Source: Winogradskyella tangerina (GTDB lineage: Bacteria > Bacteroidota > Bacteroidia > Flavobacteriales > Flavobacteriaceae). Taken from it: 64,000 nucleotides of DNA. How positions within the stretch are numbered: position 1 is the first letter of the stretch; each line of letters begins with the position of its first letter. Below the pieces are notes generated by a model. That model did no database searches. It saw only the letters and a list, made by a program, of their open reading frames with translations, and was not told the origin of the DNA. Position numbers and translations under genes: made by a program. This document shows, piece by piece, positions 1 through 9,578 of this stretch. The stretch spans positions 553,985 through 617,984 of the forward strand of contig NZ_QERF01000001.1 in assembly GCF_003260205.1 (NCBI RefSeq). The letters run 5' to 3'.

Positions 1-658
1 TGTAACATACAAAGCGCTATGCGATTTGGGAGTTAAGCGCATCCAGACCGTGCAAGAAATGCCCATGGAATTAATGCATAAAGTGTTGGGTAAAAACGGG
101 CTTTCCATTTGGAAAAAAGCTAATGGCATAGATAACAGTCCTGTGATTCAATACCACGAACGCAAGTCGATCTCTACTGAACGCACCTTCGGGCAAGACA
201 CTACAAATATTCATAAGCTCAAAGGCTTGGTAATTGCCATGGCCGAAAATTTGGCTTATCAACTGCGACGTGGCAACAAGTTAACGGCTTGTGTGACTTT
301 TAAAATTCGTTATTCTGATTTTCAAACCTATACGCAGCAGCAACGCATTCCTTATAGTGCTATGGATCATACTATTATTCCTGTGGTGCTCGGACTGTTC
401 AAAAAACTGTACAACCGTAGATTGTTAGTCCGGCTTATTGGTGTAAAATTTAGTCATTTGGTAGAAGGTGGTCACCAGATCAATCTCTTCGAAGACAACG
501 AAATGCACCTCAATTTAGCACAGGCTATGGATAAAATGCGCGAACGTTATGGCGACCGTGCGGTGATGTGTGCAGCAGGTATGGAAGCTAAAACCATTAG
601 CCGTTGGAATCCTTTTACCGGTGAGCCTCCGCCACTGTTAGCCAATAGGCATCAATAG
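1..658 (+). CDS. dinB: DNA polymerase IV (Y-family, DinB), C-terminal part; 5' end lies outside the window
   Basis: The frame is open from nt 2 to the stop at 658. The C-terminal little-finger region (LIGVKFSHL...NLFED) matches DinB/UmuC-family polymerases. Confidence 0.7.
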   Translation, partial: VTYKALCDLGVKRIQTVQEMPMELMHKVLGKNGLSIWKKANGIDNSPVIQYHERKSISTERTFGQDTTNIHKLKGLVIAMAENLAYQLRRGNKLTACVTFKIRYSDFQTYTQQQRIPYSAMDHTIIPVVLGLFKKLYNRRLLVRLIGVKFSHLVEGGHQINLFEDNEMHLNLAQAMDKMRERYGDRAVMCAAGMEAKTISRWNPFTGEPPPLLANRHQ

Positions 659-681
659 CTGAAAAATTAGTACTTTTAGGT

Positions 682-1413
682 ATGTGTTATTCTACCGCAT
701 TACGCAAACAACGGGAGCAGATTGAAAAAAAACTGAGAGACCGGATCAACTCAACATTTCATCCTGAAATACAATTTGAGCCCTATTTTCATCTCAACGG
801 ATTTACACACGGCAATTTGCAGATCATTAAAATGGACGAACCTGAAACCATTTACAATGCCAGCTGGGGATTGGTGCCCGACTGGGCTAATCACAATCCC
901 GAGGCATTCCTTAAAAAGAGTAACACTTTGAATGCACGTGGCGAAAGTATTTTTGAAAAAGCCTCGTTTAGAGATAGCGCTGAGGATAAACGCTGCTTAA
1001 TTTTAGCCGACGGTTTCTTTGAACCTCATCACGAAAATGGTGTTGCCATTCCCTATTTCTGTTACCAGCCAACGGAGGTAGATAAAGATGGGCAATTATT
1101 TCTGTTTGCCGGATTATATAACGAGTTAGATAAGGACCACTACACAGCTACCATACTCACTACAGAAGCCAATGAGTTCTTTGCAGAAGTTCATAATAAA
1201 CGCAAGCGCATGCCACTAGTTTTAGACCAACATTATTATGAGGACTGGTTAGATCATGGAATGAGCGAGCAAGAACTCAATGAAATTATTGCCACCGGAA
1301 TGAGTTCTATTCCTTTTAAAGCGCATCCCGTAAGCAGAGATCTTTATAAAAAAGGCATTGACACCAATCGCCCTTATATTGTTGAAGAAGTACAAAAAGA
1401 TACTTTATTCTGA
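682..1413 (+). CDS. SOS-response-associated peptidase (SRAP/YedK, abasic-site processing)
   Basis: It begins with Met-Cys (MCYSTAL), where Cys2 is the nucleophile. The WGLVPDW, NARGES and CLILADGFFE motifs are typical of SRAP/DUF159. Confidence 0.8.
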   Translation: MCYSTALRKQREQIEKKLRDRINSTFHPEIQFEPYFHLNGFTHGNLQIIKMDEPETIYNASWGLVPDWANHNPEAFLKKSNTLNARGESIFEKASFRDSAEDKRCLILADGFFEPHHENGVAIPYFCYQPTEVDKDGQLFLFAGLYNELDKDHYTATILTTEANEFFAEVHNKRKRMPLVLDQHYYEDWLDHGMSEQELNEIIATGMSSIPFKAHPVSRDLYKKGIDTNRPYIVEEVQKDTLF

Positions 1414-1431
1414 AATTGGTTTTACCTGCCT

Positions 1432-2589
1432 TTGTATCTTTGGCAAATGCTACCAAAAAAACTCCAAAAAAAACTCGAAGAACGGAAAGCGAATAACGCT
1501 TTCAGGCAACTTGGTAGTACGCATGCACGAGTTGATTTTTCATCAAATGATTATTTAGGCTTTTCAAATTCTGAAGGCATTTTTAACGCTGCACATCAAT
1601 ATTTGATTGATCATAATCTATTGGAAAATGGTGCCACAGGTTCCCGTCTTTTGTCAGGAAATCATACGTTATACTCTGAAATTGAAACTGAACTATGTAA
1701 TTATCACCAAAGTGAAGCTGCTTTAATTTGTAATTCAGGGTATGATGCCAATATCGGACTTTTGTCATCTGTACCGCAACGCGGCGACATTATTTTATAC
1801 GATGAATTGGTTCATGCTTCCATTAGGGATGGTATCCAAATGAGTAATGCCAAAGCCTATAAATTCAAACATAATGATCTTGAAGATCTAGAAATTAAGT
1901 GCCAGGCTCAATGGAGTGATAAGCATAAAGATTCTGAAATATATATCGTTACCGAATCTGTGTTTTCAATGGATGGTGACACGCCAGACTTAATCCGTTT
2001 GGCTAAATTCAGTAAGAAGAATGATGCTCGACTTATAATTGACGAAGCCCATGCCGTTGGTGTGTTTAATTTTGGTTTAGTTCAAGAAATGGGTATAGAA
2101 AAAGATGTATTCGCCCGAATTATAACATTTGGAAAGGCATTGGGAAGTCATGGTGCTGCCATTTTGGGTGCTACCGATTTGAAAAATTATCTCGTAAATT
2201 TTTCACGCCCTTTTATTTATACCACAGCGCTTCCACCACATACTTTAGCTACAGTAAAAATGGCTTATAAAACTCTGAAAGCTTCAGATGAACCACAAAA
2301 GCTTCATGCAAATATTGAATTTTTCAAAAGGCAAATTGAACTTCAAAACCTTTCAAAATTATTTATTGAGAGTCAATCAGCTATCCACTGTTGTATTATT
2401 TCAGGAAATGAAATTGTAAAAGAGGTCGCCCTTCAACTTCAAAATAATGGGTTCGATGTAAAGCCCATTTTATCTCCAACTGTTCCAGCGGGAACCGAAC
2501 GTCTAAGATTCTGTTTACATAGTTATAATTCTGAAGCTGAAATTTCGGAAGTCTTGCGTCTGTTAGCTACCTTTGTAAAATCATCTTAA
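1432..2589 (+). CDS. bioF: 8-amino-7-oxononanoate synthase (class II aminotransferase)
   Basis: It shows the PLP-dependent AONS fold, with GSRLLSGN and a lysine in the FGKALGSHG region. It lies next to bioD and bioA. The true start may be M6 (MLPKK). Confidence 0.8.
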   Translation: MYLWQMLPKKLQKKLEERKANNAFRQLGSTHARVDFSSNDYLGFSNSEGIFNAAHQYLIDHNLLENGATGSRLLSGNHTLYSEIETELCNYHQSEAALICNSGYDANIGLLSSVPQRGDIILYDELVHASIRDGIQMSNAKAYKFKHNDLEDLEIKCQAQWSDKHKDSEIYIVTESVFSMDGDTPDLIRLAKFSKKNDARLIIDEAHAVGVFNFGLVQEMGIEKDVFARIITFGKALGSHGAAILGATDLKNYLVNFSRPFIYTTALPPHTLATVKMAYKTLKASDEPQKLHANIEFFKRQIELQNLSKLFIESQSAIHCCIISGNEIVKEVALQLQNNGFDVKPILSPTVPAGTERLRFCLHSYNSEAEISEVLRLLATFVKSS

Positions 2590-2627
2590 TAATGTTCAGC
2601 TCGACCACTTTAAGTCGTAAATAGATT

Positions 2628-3041
2628 ATGAGTGAGACTTTCGTCACTGTTGCTAGATTTCAATATTCATCCGAGGCCCAAATTGTAAAAGGGAGGCTCG
2701 AAGCTGATGGTATCGAAGTATTTCTTAGAGACAATATTACCATAGATACTGATCCTCTGGTGAGTAATGCTATTGGTGGTGTGAAATTGAAAGTCCGCGC
2801 AGAAGACGAAAAGGAAGCAAAAAAAATCCTAAGATCTATAAAGGTTTATGCTGTTGATGACGAAGGCAATCCAATTAGGTGTCCAAATTGTAATAAACAG
2901 GAAGTTGAGATGTATTCTTCAATTGATAGTTTGAAGGCCTTTTTATCATTTATAATTGGAGTGCTAACGACAACCTTGCCTTTTCATGCGCGCTATAAAT
3001 ACGTCTGTGAAAACTGTAAAACCGAATTTCCTATAAAATGA
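2628..3041 (+). CDS. DUF2007-like putative signal-transducing protein with a C-terminal CxxC...CxxC zinc ribbon
   Basis: The N-terminus (VTVARFQYSSEAQIVKGRLEADGIEVFL) matches DUF2007. CPNCN...CENC forms a zinc ribbon. Its stop overlaps the bioD start (ATGA), so the genes are translationally coupled. Confidence 0.55.
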   Translation: MSETFVTVARFQYSSEAQIVKGRLEADGIEVFLRDNITIDTDPLVSNAIGGVKLKVRAEDEKEAKKILRSIKVYAVDDEGNPIRCPNCNKQEVEMYSSIDSLKAFLSFIIGVLTTTLPFHARYKYVCENCKTEFPIK

Positions 3042-3649
3042 AGACCTATTTTGTAACTGGAATATCGACTGATGTCGGAAAAACGATTGCATCTGCCATT
3101 TTGGTTGAAGCTTTAAATGCCGATTACTTTAAACCTGTTCAGGCCGGAGACCTCGACAACAGCGATACGCATAAAGTACAGCGGTTGGTTTCTAATTCGA
3201 AGTCTGTTTTTCATCCCAATAGCTATGCGCTCAAAACACCTATGAGTCCGCATGGTGCGGCTGAAATAGATGGACTTCAGATCGACACAAAGCAAATCAA
3301 ACGGCCAATAACTAAAAATAATCTTGTAATAGAAGGTGCTGGTGGTTTGTTAGTGCCATTGAATGATTCAGAAACTATTTTGGATCTTATTCAACCTTCA
3401 GATAAAGTTATCGTGGTATCGCGTCATTATTTAGGAAGTATCAATCACAGCCTATTAACCATTAAGGCTCTACAGAATAAGGGTTTTGATGTTTCTTTGG
3501 TTTACAGTGGCGATGAACACCCGTCAACAGAATCGATTATTGAAAAAATGACAGGCGTTAAGGTGATTGGTAGAATTAATAATGAGCCCTATTTTGATCA
3601 GAATGTCATCACGGAATATGCCCATAAGTTTAAAGAAAAATTAAAATAA
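3038..3649 (+). CDS. bioD: dethiobiotin synthase
   Basis: It has the MKTYFVTGISTDVGKT P-loop and the overall BioD architecture. Confidence 0.9.
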   Translation: MKTYFVTGISTDVGKTIASAILVEALNADYFKPVQAGDLDNSDTHKVQRLVSNSKSVFHPNSYALKTPMSPHGAAEIDGLQIDTKQIKRPITKNNLVIEGAGGLLVPLNDSETILDLIQPSDKVIVVSRHYLGSINHSLLTIKALQNKGFDVSLVYSGDEHPSTESIIEKMTGVKVIGRINNEPYFDQNVITEYAHKFKEKLK

Positions 3650-3925
3650 CAAATACCAATTATAGATATTTTCTTGGTATAAAGAATAATTAGAAATCAA
3701 TGCTACGCATTGAACATTGAAATGCAGAATATAAAATTCAAATCGTTAAAAATTTTTGAAGCCTTGGAAAAAATTTAGATTTGAATTTTGGTTTTCATTC
3801 TGAATGAAGAATGAAAAATTCCTTATTTCAATTTGATTTTTTGGTTCGTTTTGTATCAAGACAAAATGAACTATTTAAAATTAAAAAATGAAATGCTGAA
3901 ACACATTCAGCACGACAAGAAAAAC

Positions 3926-5191
3926 ATGAGTTTAAAAGACCGCGATAAAAAACACCTCTGGCATCCGCTAAAACAACACCAAACACATCCTGATAGTTTG
4001 GCGATCGTAAAAGCAAAAGGATGCATACTTACCGACGAAGACGGCAACGATTATATTGATGCCATCTCATCCTGGTATACGAGCATGTTTGGGCATTGTC
4101 ATCCTTACATTACAAATAAGGTTAGCCAGCAAATGCAGCAGCTCGATCAGATTATGTTCAGTGATTTTACTCATGAACCTGCTGTTAAACTTTCAGAAGC
4201 ACTAATAGACATCCTACCTGAAGGGCAAAACCGAATTTTCTTCAATGACAACGGTTCTACAGCCGTGGAAGCTGCTATTAAAATGGCGCTACAATATTAC
4301 TTTAATAAGGGTGAAAAACGCAGCACTTTTATTGCTTTTGAAAACGGATTTCATGGTGATACCTTCGGAGCGATGTCGGTTTCTGGATTGTCGGTGTATA
4401 ATGGCCCTTTTGAAAATTTCCTGATGAAAATCCATCGGATTCCTGTACCCGACGGAAAGAATACTTCAGAAATATTATCAAAGATTGAGAGGATTATTTC
4501 TTCTGAATCGATTGCCGGATTTGTATATGAACCCTTGGTGCAAGGTGCCGCAGGAATGAAAATTCATAGTGCGGAAGGGCTTAATGACATTCTGAAATTC
4601 TTCAAAAAACACAACATCTTAACTATTGCTGATGAAGTGATGACTGGCTTTGGTAAAACGGGGAAGAATTTTGCATCGGAATATATAGACACAAAACCAG
4701 ATATTATTTGTCTGAGCAAAGCACTTACAGCTGGTTTGGTTCCTATGGCAATTACCTCTTGTACGGAAGCTATCTATAAGGCGTTTCTTGGCGATACTAT
4801 TGGTAAGGGTTTTATGCATTGCCATACCTATTCTGCAAATCCGGTTGCCTGTGCCGCAGCTTTAGCCACGATCGATCTGCTACAATCAGAAGAGATTCAG
4901 AAGAACATTAGGCACATTTCAGAATCTCATAAAATGTTTCAAAAGAAAATAGAAGAACACCCAAAAGTAAAATCAGTTCGAAATCTTGGGGTTATACTTG
5001 CCATTGACCTCAACACCACTGCTAATCGCTACGGTGATCTTCGCGATAAACTATTGGCCTTCTTCATGGAAAATGGTGTGTTTTTAAGACCGCTAGGGAA
5101 CACAATTTATATTCAGCCACCTTATGTAATTAAGGATGAGGAATTACACAAAATTTACGACGTGATCCAAGACGCCTTACTCACCCTCTAA
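3926..5191 (+). CDS. bioA: adenosylmethionine-8-amino-7-oxononanoate aminotransferase
   Basis: It is a class III PLP aminotransferase. The lysine motif falls in DEVMTGFGKTG, and the N-terminus reads HLWHP. The ORF opens at 3833, but MSLKDR at 3926 fits BioA N-termini better. Confidence 0.85.
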   Translation: MSLKDRDKKHLWHPLKQHQTHPDSLAIVKAKGCILTDEDGNDYIDAISSWYTSMFGHCHPYITNKVSQQMQQLDQIMFSDFTHEPAVKLSEALIDILPEGQNRIFFNDNGSTAVEAAIKMALQYYFNKGEKRSTFIAFENGFHGDTFGAMSVSGLSVYNGPFENFLMKIHRIPVPDGKNTSEILSKIERIISSESIAGFVYEPLVQGAAGMKIHSAEGLNDILKFFKKHNILTIADEVMTGFGKTGKNFASEYIDTKPDIICLSKALTAGLVPMAITSCTEAIYKAFLGDTIGKGFMHCHTYSANPVACAAALATIDLLQSEEIQKNIRHISESHKMFQKKIEEHPKVKSVRNLGVILAIDLNTTANRYGDLRDKLLAFFMENGVFLRPLGNTIYIQPPYVIKDEELHKIYDVIQDALLTL

Positions 5192-5257
5192 ATCCTCCTC
5201 TAAAAGATTGATCTTTTCTTTAGTATCTTTAAGTTGAACATAGAGCGCATTGTAATC

Positions 5258-5479
5258 CTAATCACCATAATCTTTTGTCGCTATTACAACAATTCTTGCT
5301 TCACCTTTTGGGCCCTTGATTGGAATTCTAAAATTTGTTTCACCGTCATCACCATTCAGACTAATATTTCCCTGCATAATTCCATCGCTTTCAATAGGTT
5401 CTCCTAGCAAATCAATAACTTCTTCATTAGAAATAGTTTGTTCCATGGCATATTTATAAGGGGTTGAAGAAGTAAACAT
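5258..5479 (-). CDS. hypothetical small protein; possibly the C-terminal part of a frameshifted membrane protein
   Basis: It is a 73-aa ORF. A hydrophobic stretch (LVGGGCLTLIIIAVVFFGSLIFGV) is encoded in-frame immediately upstream. It has no in-frame start, and an MTKKLV start lies in another frame. Confidence 0.3.
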   Translation of the reverse strand: MFTSSTPYKYAMEQTISNEEVIDLLGEPIESDGIMQGNISLNGDDGETNFRIPIKGPKGEARIVVIATKDYGD

Positions 5480-5711
5480 TTTAGTTACTCCAAAGATGAG
5501 ACTTCCAAAAAATACAACGGCTATGATAATTAGCGTAAGACATCCGCCACCAACTAGCCAGCACCAATTTCGGGCAAACCAACTTTTTTGTCATTGTTCT
5601 TACATTTTTTTGATCGGTTTTAATAACTAAGTAATTCAATCATTGAATATGTTATAAATTAATGATAAAATGAATAAAGTTCATTTCAAAAATAGCCTTT
5701 AAACACTACTT

Positions 5712-6881
5712 TTGTTTCAAACAAAATATCCATTGAATCAACCCATTTCTATAACGGCAATTGCTTCCATTTCTCCCTTAGGAAATTCTAATGAGATGAT
5801 CTGGAATAATTACCTGTCTAACGCGCATTTCTTCAGCTTAAAAGAAGGAAAGTTAGTGGCTCAAATACCTTCTGAAATAAAGGATCAAATTCGAGAACTT
5901 AGAACATCGAATGCTAAATACAAACAACTCGATGATACCGTATTGTTTGCCATTTTTGCTGCGCGAAATGCCACTAAAGCTGCAGGTTGGAATTCTGATT
6001 CTAACTTCGGAATTAATATCGGTTCGTCTCGTGGTGCCACTTCCTTATTTGAAAAATACCACGAGCGTTTTTTAGAAAAGCAAAAGGCTGAAACATTAAG
6101 TTCACCAACCACAACTTTAGGTAATATCTCGTCCTGGGTAGCACACGATTTGCAATCTCAAGGCCCAGAGATTTCGCATTCTATAACCTGCTCCACAGCT
6201 TTGCACGCTTTGCTAAACGGAATTGCCTGGCTCAATGCTGGGATGTGCGATAAATTTTTGGTCGGCGGAAGTGAAGCACCGTTAACACCATTCACTATTG
6301 CGCAAATGCAAGCCTTGAAAATTTATGCTCGAGGAACAAATACTTCAGATAATTTTCCATGCAAAGCTTTAGATCTTCAAAAAACCGAAAACACCATGAT
6401 CCTTTCTGAGGCAGCTGCTATGGCCTGTTTAGAAAAGGGTATTCAGGATAATGCATTGGCTCAAATAATTGGTATAGGTTATGGCACCGAACTCTTAGAA
6501 CATAATGCTTCTTTGTCTACAAATGCCGAATGTTTTCAACGTTCTATGGCGATGGCGCTTGGTGATACAAATCCTGATGAAATTGATGTCATCATCACAC
6601 ATACTCCGGGCACCATTAAAGGCGATTTAGCAGAATATAATGCGATTAAAGCGATTTTTTGTAACAAAATTCCTGCTTTGACTACTAACAAAATACAAGT
6701 GGGTCACAGTCTTGGAGCATCCGGAATGCTCAGCCTTGAAATGGCCGTACTTATGCTTAACCATCAAATGTTTATTGACATTCCTTATTTGGATCAACCG
6801 ATTCCAAAAAAGATTTCAAAAATAATGATTAATGCCGTCGGATTTGGTGGTAATGCTGTGTCTGTTATTCTCTCAAAATGA
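5712..6881 (+). CDS. beta-ketoacyl-ACP synthase family protein (FabB/F-like KAS) within the biotin cluster
   Basis: The active-site Cys is in HSITCSTALHAL. The His motifs are ITHTPGT and QVGHSLGASG. It is 389 aa with a thiolase fold. Confidence 0.75.
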   Translation: MFQTKYPLNQPISITAIASISPLGNSNEMIWNNYLSNAHFFSLKEGKLVAQIPSEIKDQIRELRTSNAKYKQLDDTVLFAIFAARNATKAAGWNSDSNFGINIGSSRGATSLFEKYHERFLEKQKAETLSSPTTTLGNISSWVAHDLQSQGPEISHSITCSTALHALLNGIAWLNAGMCDKFLVGGSEAPLTPFTIAQMQALKIYARGTNTSDNFPCKALDLQKTENTMILSEAAAMACLEKGIQDNALAQIIGIGYGTELLEHNASLSTNAECFQRSMAMALGDTNPDEIDVIITHTPGTIKGDLAEYNAIKAIFCNKIPALTTNKIQVGHSLGASGMLSLEMAVLMLNHQMFIDIPYLDQPIPKKISKIMINAVGFGGNAVSVILSK

Positions 6882-6927
6882 TTTAATTTAGAAGAGAATT
6901 TAGTGTTTAACCGTTAATTCCAATATT

Positions 6928-7569
6928 ATGTTAGACTGGTTTTCAAATTTAGAATTACTACCCAAAATTTATTGGTCAGTAGCTTTAGTAGGTTCTTTAG
7001 TATTTGTCGTTGTAATGATCATGGCTTTTGTCGGTGGTGATGCCGACGATTTAGGCGATGTAGATTCTGATATCGATAGTGATGCGGGAGCCGGATTTCA
7101 GTTTATCAGTTTCAAAAATTTAGTAGGCTTTTTCACAATTTTTGGCTGGAGTGGTATCGCATGTCTCGACGCCGGATTATCAAAACCACTAACCATTGTA
7201 ATCTCAATTGCATGTGGATTATTAATGATGGTCATTATGGCAACCATGTTTTATTTCATAAGTAAATTGAGCGATAGTGGTACACTAAATTATGATAATG
7301 CCCTCGACGCTGTTGGTGAAGTTTATTTAACCATTGGTGCCGATCGCAGTAGCATGGGAAAAGTTAGTGTAAATGTTCAAGGAACTGTGAGAGAACTCGA
7401 TGCCTTAACCGATTCATTAACAGAATTAAAATCGGGCACTATTATTAAGGTTGTTGATGTCACTTCAAACGGAATTCTCATTGTAGACCACACCCGAAAA
7501 CCAATAGAACCCACAGCTCAAACTAAAGAATTAGAAGAAGGTGGAGATCACTTACTTAGTAACGAATAA
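6928..7569 (+). CDS. NfeD/YqiJ-like membrane protein (OB-fold), flotillin partner
   Basis: It has N-terminal TM segments, an acidic DxD-rich loop, more TM segments, and a C-terminal beta-rich OB-like region (GKVSVNVQGT...IIKVVDV). It sits immediately upstream of the flotillin gene. Confidence 0.6.
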   Translation: MLDWFSNLELLPKIYWSVALVGSLVFVVVMIMAFVGGDADDLGDVDSDIDSDAGAGFQFISFKNLVGFFTIFGWSGIACLDAGLSKPLTIVISIACGLLMMVIMATMFYFISKLSDSGTLNYDNALDAVGEVYLTIGADRSSMGKVSVNVQGTVRELDALTDSLTELKSGTIIKVVDVTSNGILIVDHTRKPIEPTAQTKELEEGGDHLLSNE

Positions 7570-7609
7570 AATATAAATCAATAAAAATTAATCTTTAAAC
7601 CTTAAAATC

Positions 7610-9022
7610 ATGAATTTACTTATTCAACCAGACTTAGAGGGTTTCGGAGGACCAATGCTCCTCATATTTGTCGCCCTTTTTATAGTTCTCACTTTAATCA
7701 TTTTAATTAAACGCTACAAACGTTGTCCGTCAGACCGAATTCTTGTAGTCTATGGTAAAGTTGGTGGTGGAAAGTCTGCTAAATGTATTCATGGTGGTGC
7801 AGCTTTTATCATGCCAGTAATTCAAGATTATGAATATTTAGACCTTACACCAATCTCTATCGAGGTCAATCTGGTTAATGCCTTATCAAAACAGAACATT
7901 CGTGTTAATGTTCCGTCGCGATTCACTATTGGTGTTTCTACAGAGCCTGGTGTAATGCAAAATGCTGCTGAGCGTTTGTTAGGTCTTGGATTACAAGATA
8001 TTCAAGAGTTAGCAAAAGAGATCATCTTCGGACAATTACGTTTGGTTGTTGCTTCAATGGATATTGAGGAAATTAACTCGGATCGCGATAAATTCTTAAC
8101 CAATATCTCGCAGTCGGTAGAATCAGAATTAAAGAAAGTTGGTCTTAAATTGATCAACGTAAACATAACCGATATTGTAGACGAATCTGGTTATATCGAA
8201 GCACTTGGTAAAGAAGCTGCAGCGCACGCTATCAACGCCGCTCGTAAATCGGTTGCTGAGAAAAACAGAGATGGTGCCATTGGTGAAGCTAATGCGGTAC
8301 AAGATGAAAAAACACAAGTAGCTGCTGCAAATGCTAAAGCTGTTGAAGGTGAAAATACCGCGAAAATTTCGGTGGCAAATTCAGACTCTCTGCGTCGTCA
8401 GCGCGAAGCTGAAGCTGAGCGCGTGGCTATTGCTTCTGAAAAAGTTCAGGCTGCAAAAGCTTTGGAAGAGTCTTATGCTGCTGAGCAACAAGCGGAGGTT
8501 GCCAGAGCTGAACGCGAAAGATCATCTCAAATGGCAGACGTTATCGTTCCTACAGAAATCGCTAAAAAGAAAGCTGAGATCGATGCTGAAGCCGAAGCCG
8601 AGCGTATAAGAAGACGCGCAAGAGGTGAGGCGGATGCGATTTTATTCAAAGCACAAGCAGAAGCAAAAGGTTTATATGAAGTCTTAACCAAGCAAGCTGC
8701 TGGTTTAGATGAGATCGTGAAAGCAGCTGGTAACAATTCAAAAGATGCTGTTCTTCTATTAATCGCCGATAAATTACCTGAGTTAGTTAAAACTCAAGCT
8801 GAAGCGATTAAGAATATCAAGATTGATAAGGTTACCGTTTGGGAGAATGGCAATGGTGGTGATGGTAAGTCTTCTACATCAAACTTTATTTCAGGAATGT
8901 ATAAGGCTGTACCACCATTACAAGAGATGTTTAATATGGCCGGTATGGATTTACCTGAGTACTTAAAAGGTAAAGACAAAAAGGAAATTGATGCGGATAA
9001 CGCAGAAATTGACAACGCTTAA
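7610..9022 (+). CDS. flotillin-like SPFH/Band-7 protein (YqiK-like)
   Basis: It has an N-terminal TM segment, an SPFH domain, then a long Ala/Glu-rich coiled coil (AEAERVAIA..., EAEAERIRRRARGEADA). Confidence 0.85.
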   Translation: MNLLIQPDLEGFGGPMLLIFVALFIVLTLIILIKRYKRCPSDRILVVYGKVGGGKSAKCIHGGAAFIMPVIQDYEYLDLTPISIEVNLVNALSKQNIRVNVPSRFTIGVSTEPGVMQNAAERLLGLGLQDIQELAKEIIFGQLRLVVASMDIEEINSDRDKFLTNISQSVESELKKVGLKLINVNITDIVDESGYIEALGKEAAAHAINAARKSVAEKNRDGAIGEANAVQDEKTQVAAANAKAVEGENTAKISVANSDSLRRQREAEAERVAIASEKVQAAKALEESYAAEQQAEVARAERERSSQMADVIVPTEIAKKKAEIDAEAEAERIRRRARGEADAILFKAQAEAKGLYEVLTKQAAGLDEIVKAAGNNSKDAVLLLIADKLPELVKTQAEAIKNIKIDKVTVWENGNGGDGKSSTSNFISGMYKAVPPLQEMFNMAGMDLPEYLKGKDKKEIDADNAEIDNA

Positions 9023-9030
9023 AACAATAA

Positions 9031-9058
9031 AAGCCCATTAATTATAATGGGCTTTTTA
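9031..9058 (+). terminator. rho-independent terminator after the flotillin gene
   Basis: AAGCCCATTA / TAATGGGCTT is a perfect 10-bp stem with a 4-nt loop, followed by a T-run. Confidence 0.7.
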
Positions 9059-9070
9059 ATACTTCTAATA

Positions 9071-9547
9071 ATGAAGAAATTCACATACACAAGACCATTA
9101 CCTTGGTGGGAGTTAATTTTAGGTTATGCCGCAATGGCCTTAGGCCTGTATTTATTAGTCACCAGCCTAGGTGGGTTTTTACTCATTGGAATGGGAATTT
9201 ATTTCTTATTAAAAGAAGGCTTTGAGATCAATTTCAATGAAATGACCTATAGAAAAATCAAATCTATTTTCGGTATAAATTTTGGACTTTCGAAGCCCTT
9301 ACCAGAAAATATTGAATACATATCTGTTTTTAAAACAACTGAAACAACTACACTCAGAGCAAGGAGTGCTGAAGCCAATGTTACCAACGATATTATTAAG
9401 CTCAATTTGTTCTACAACAGGAACCAAAAAATTGAAGCATATGTAACTTATGATCGTGATGATGCCTTTAAAAAGGCCCATGAATTGGCATCTTTATTAA
9501 ATGTTGATATTTTAGACGCCACAGAACGAGAATCTAAATGGTTATAA
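9071..9547 (+). CDS. hypothetical membrane protein
   Basis: It has two predicted TM helices near the N-terminus. The ORF opens at 9047 inside the upstream terminator hairpin, so the MKKFTYT start at 9071 is preferred. Confidence 0.45.
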   Translation: MKKFTYTRPLPWWELILGYAAMALGLYLLVTSLGGFLLIGMGIYFLLKEGFEINFNEMTYRKIKSIFGINFGLSKPLPENIEYISVFKTTETTTLRARSAEANVTNDIIKLNLFYNRNQKIEAYVTYDRDDAFKKAHELASLLNVDILDATERESKWL

Positions 9548-9578
9548 CTATTTTTGTTTCTCTAAGACATTAATTTTT

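Noticed and set aside
8129-9015. several 60-92-aa ORFs overlapping the flotillin gene on both strands
   Set aside because: They are shadow frames of the Ala/Glu-rich coiled-coil region, with no independent start context or motifs.
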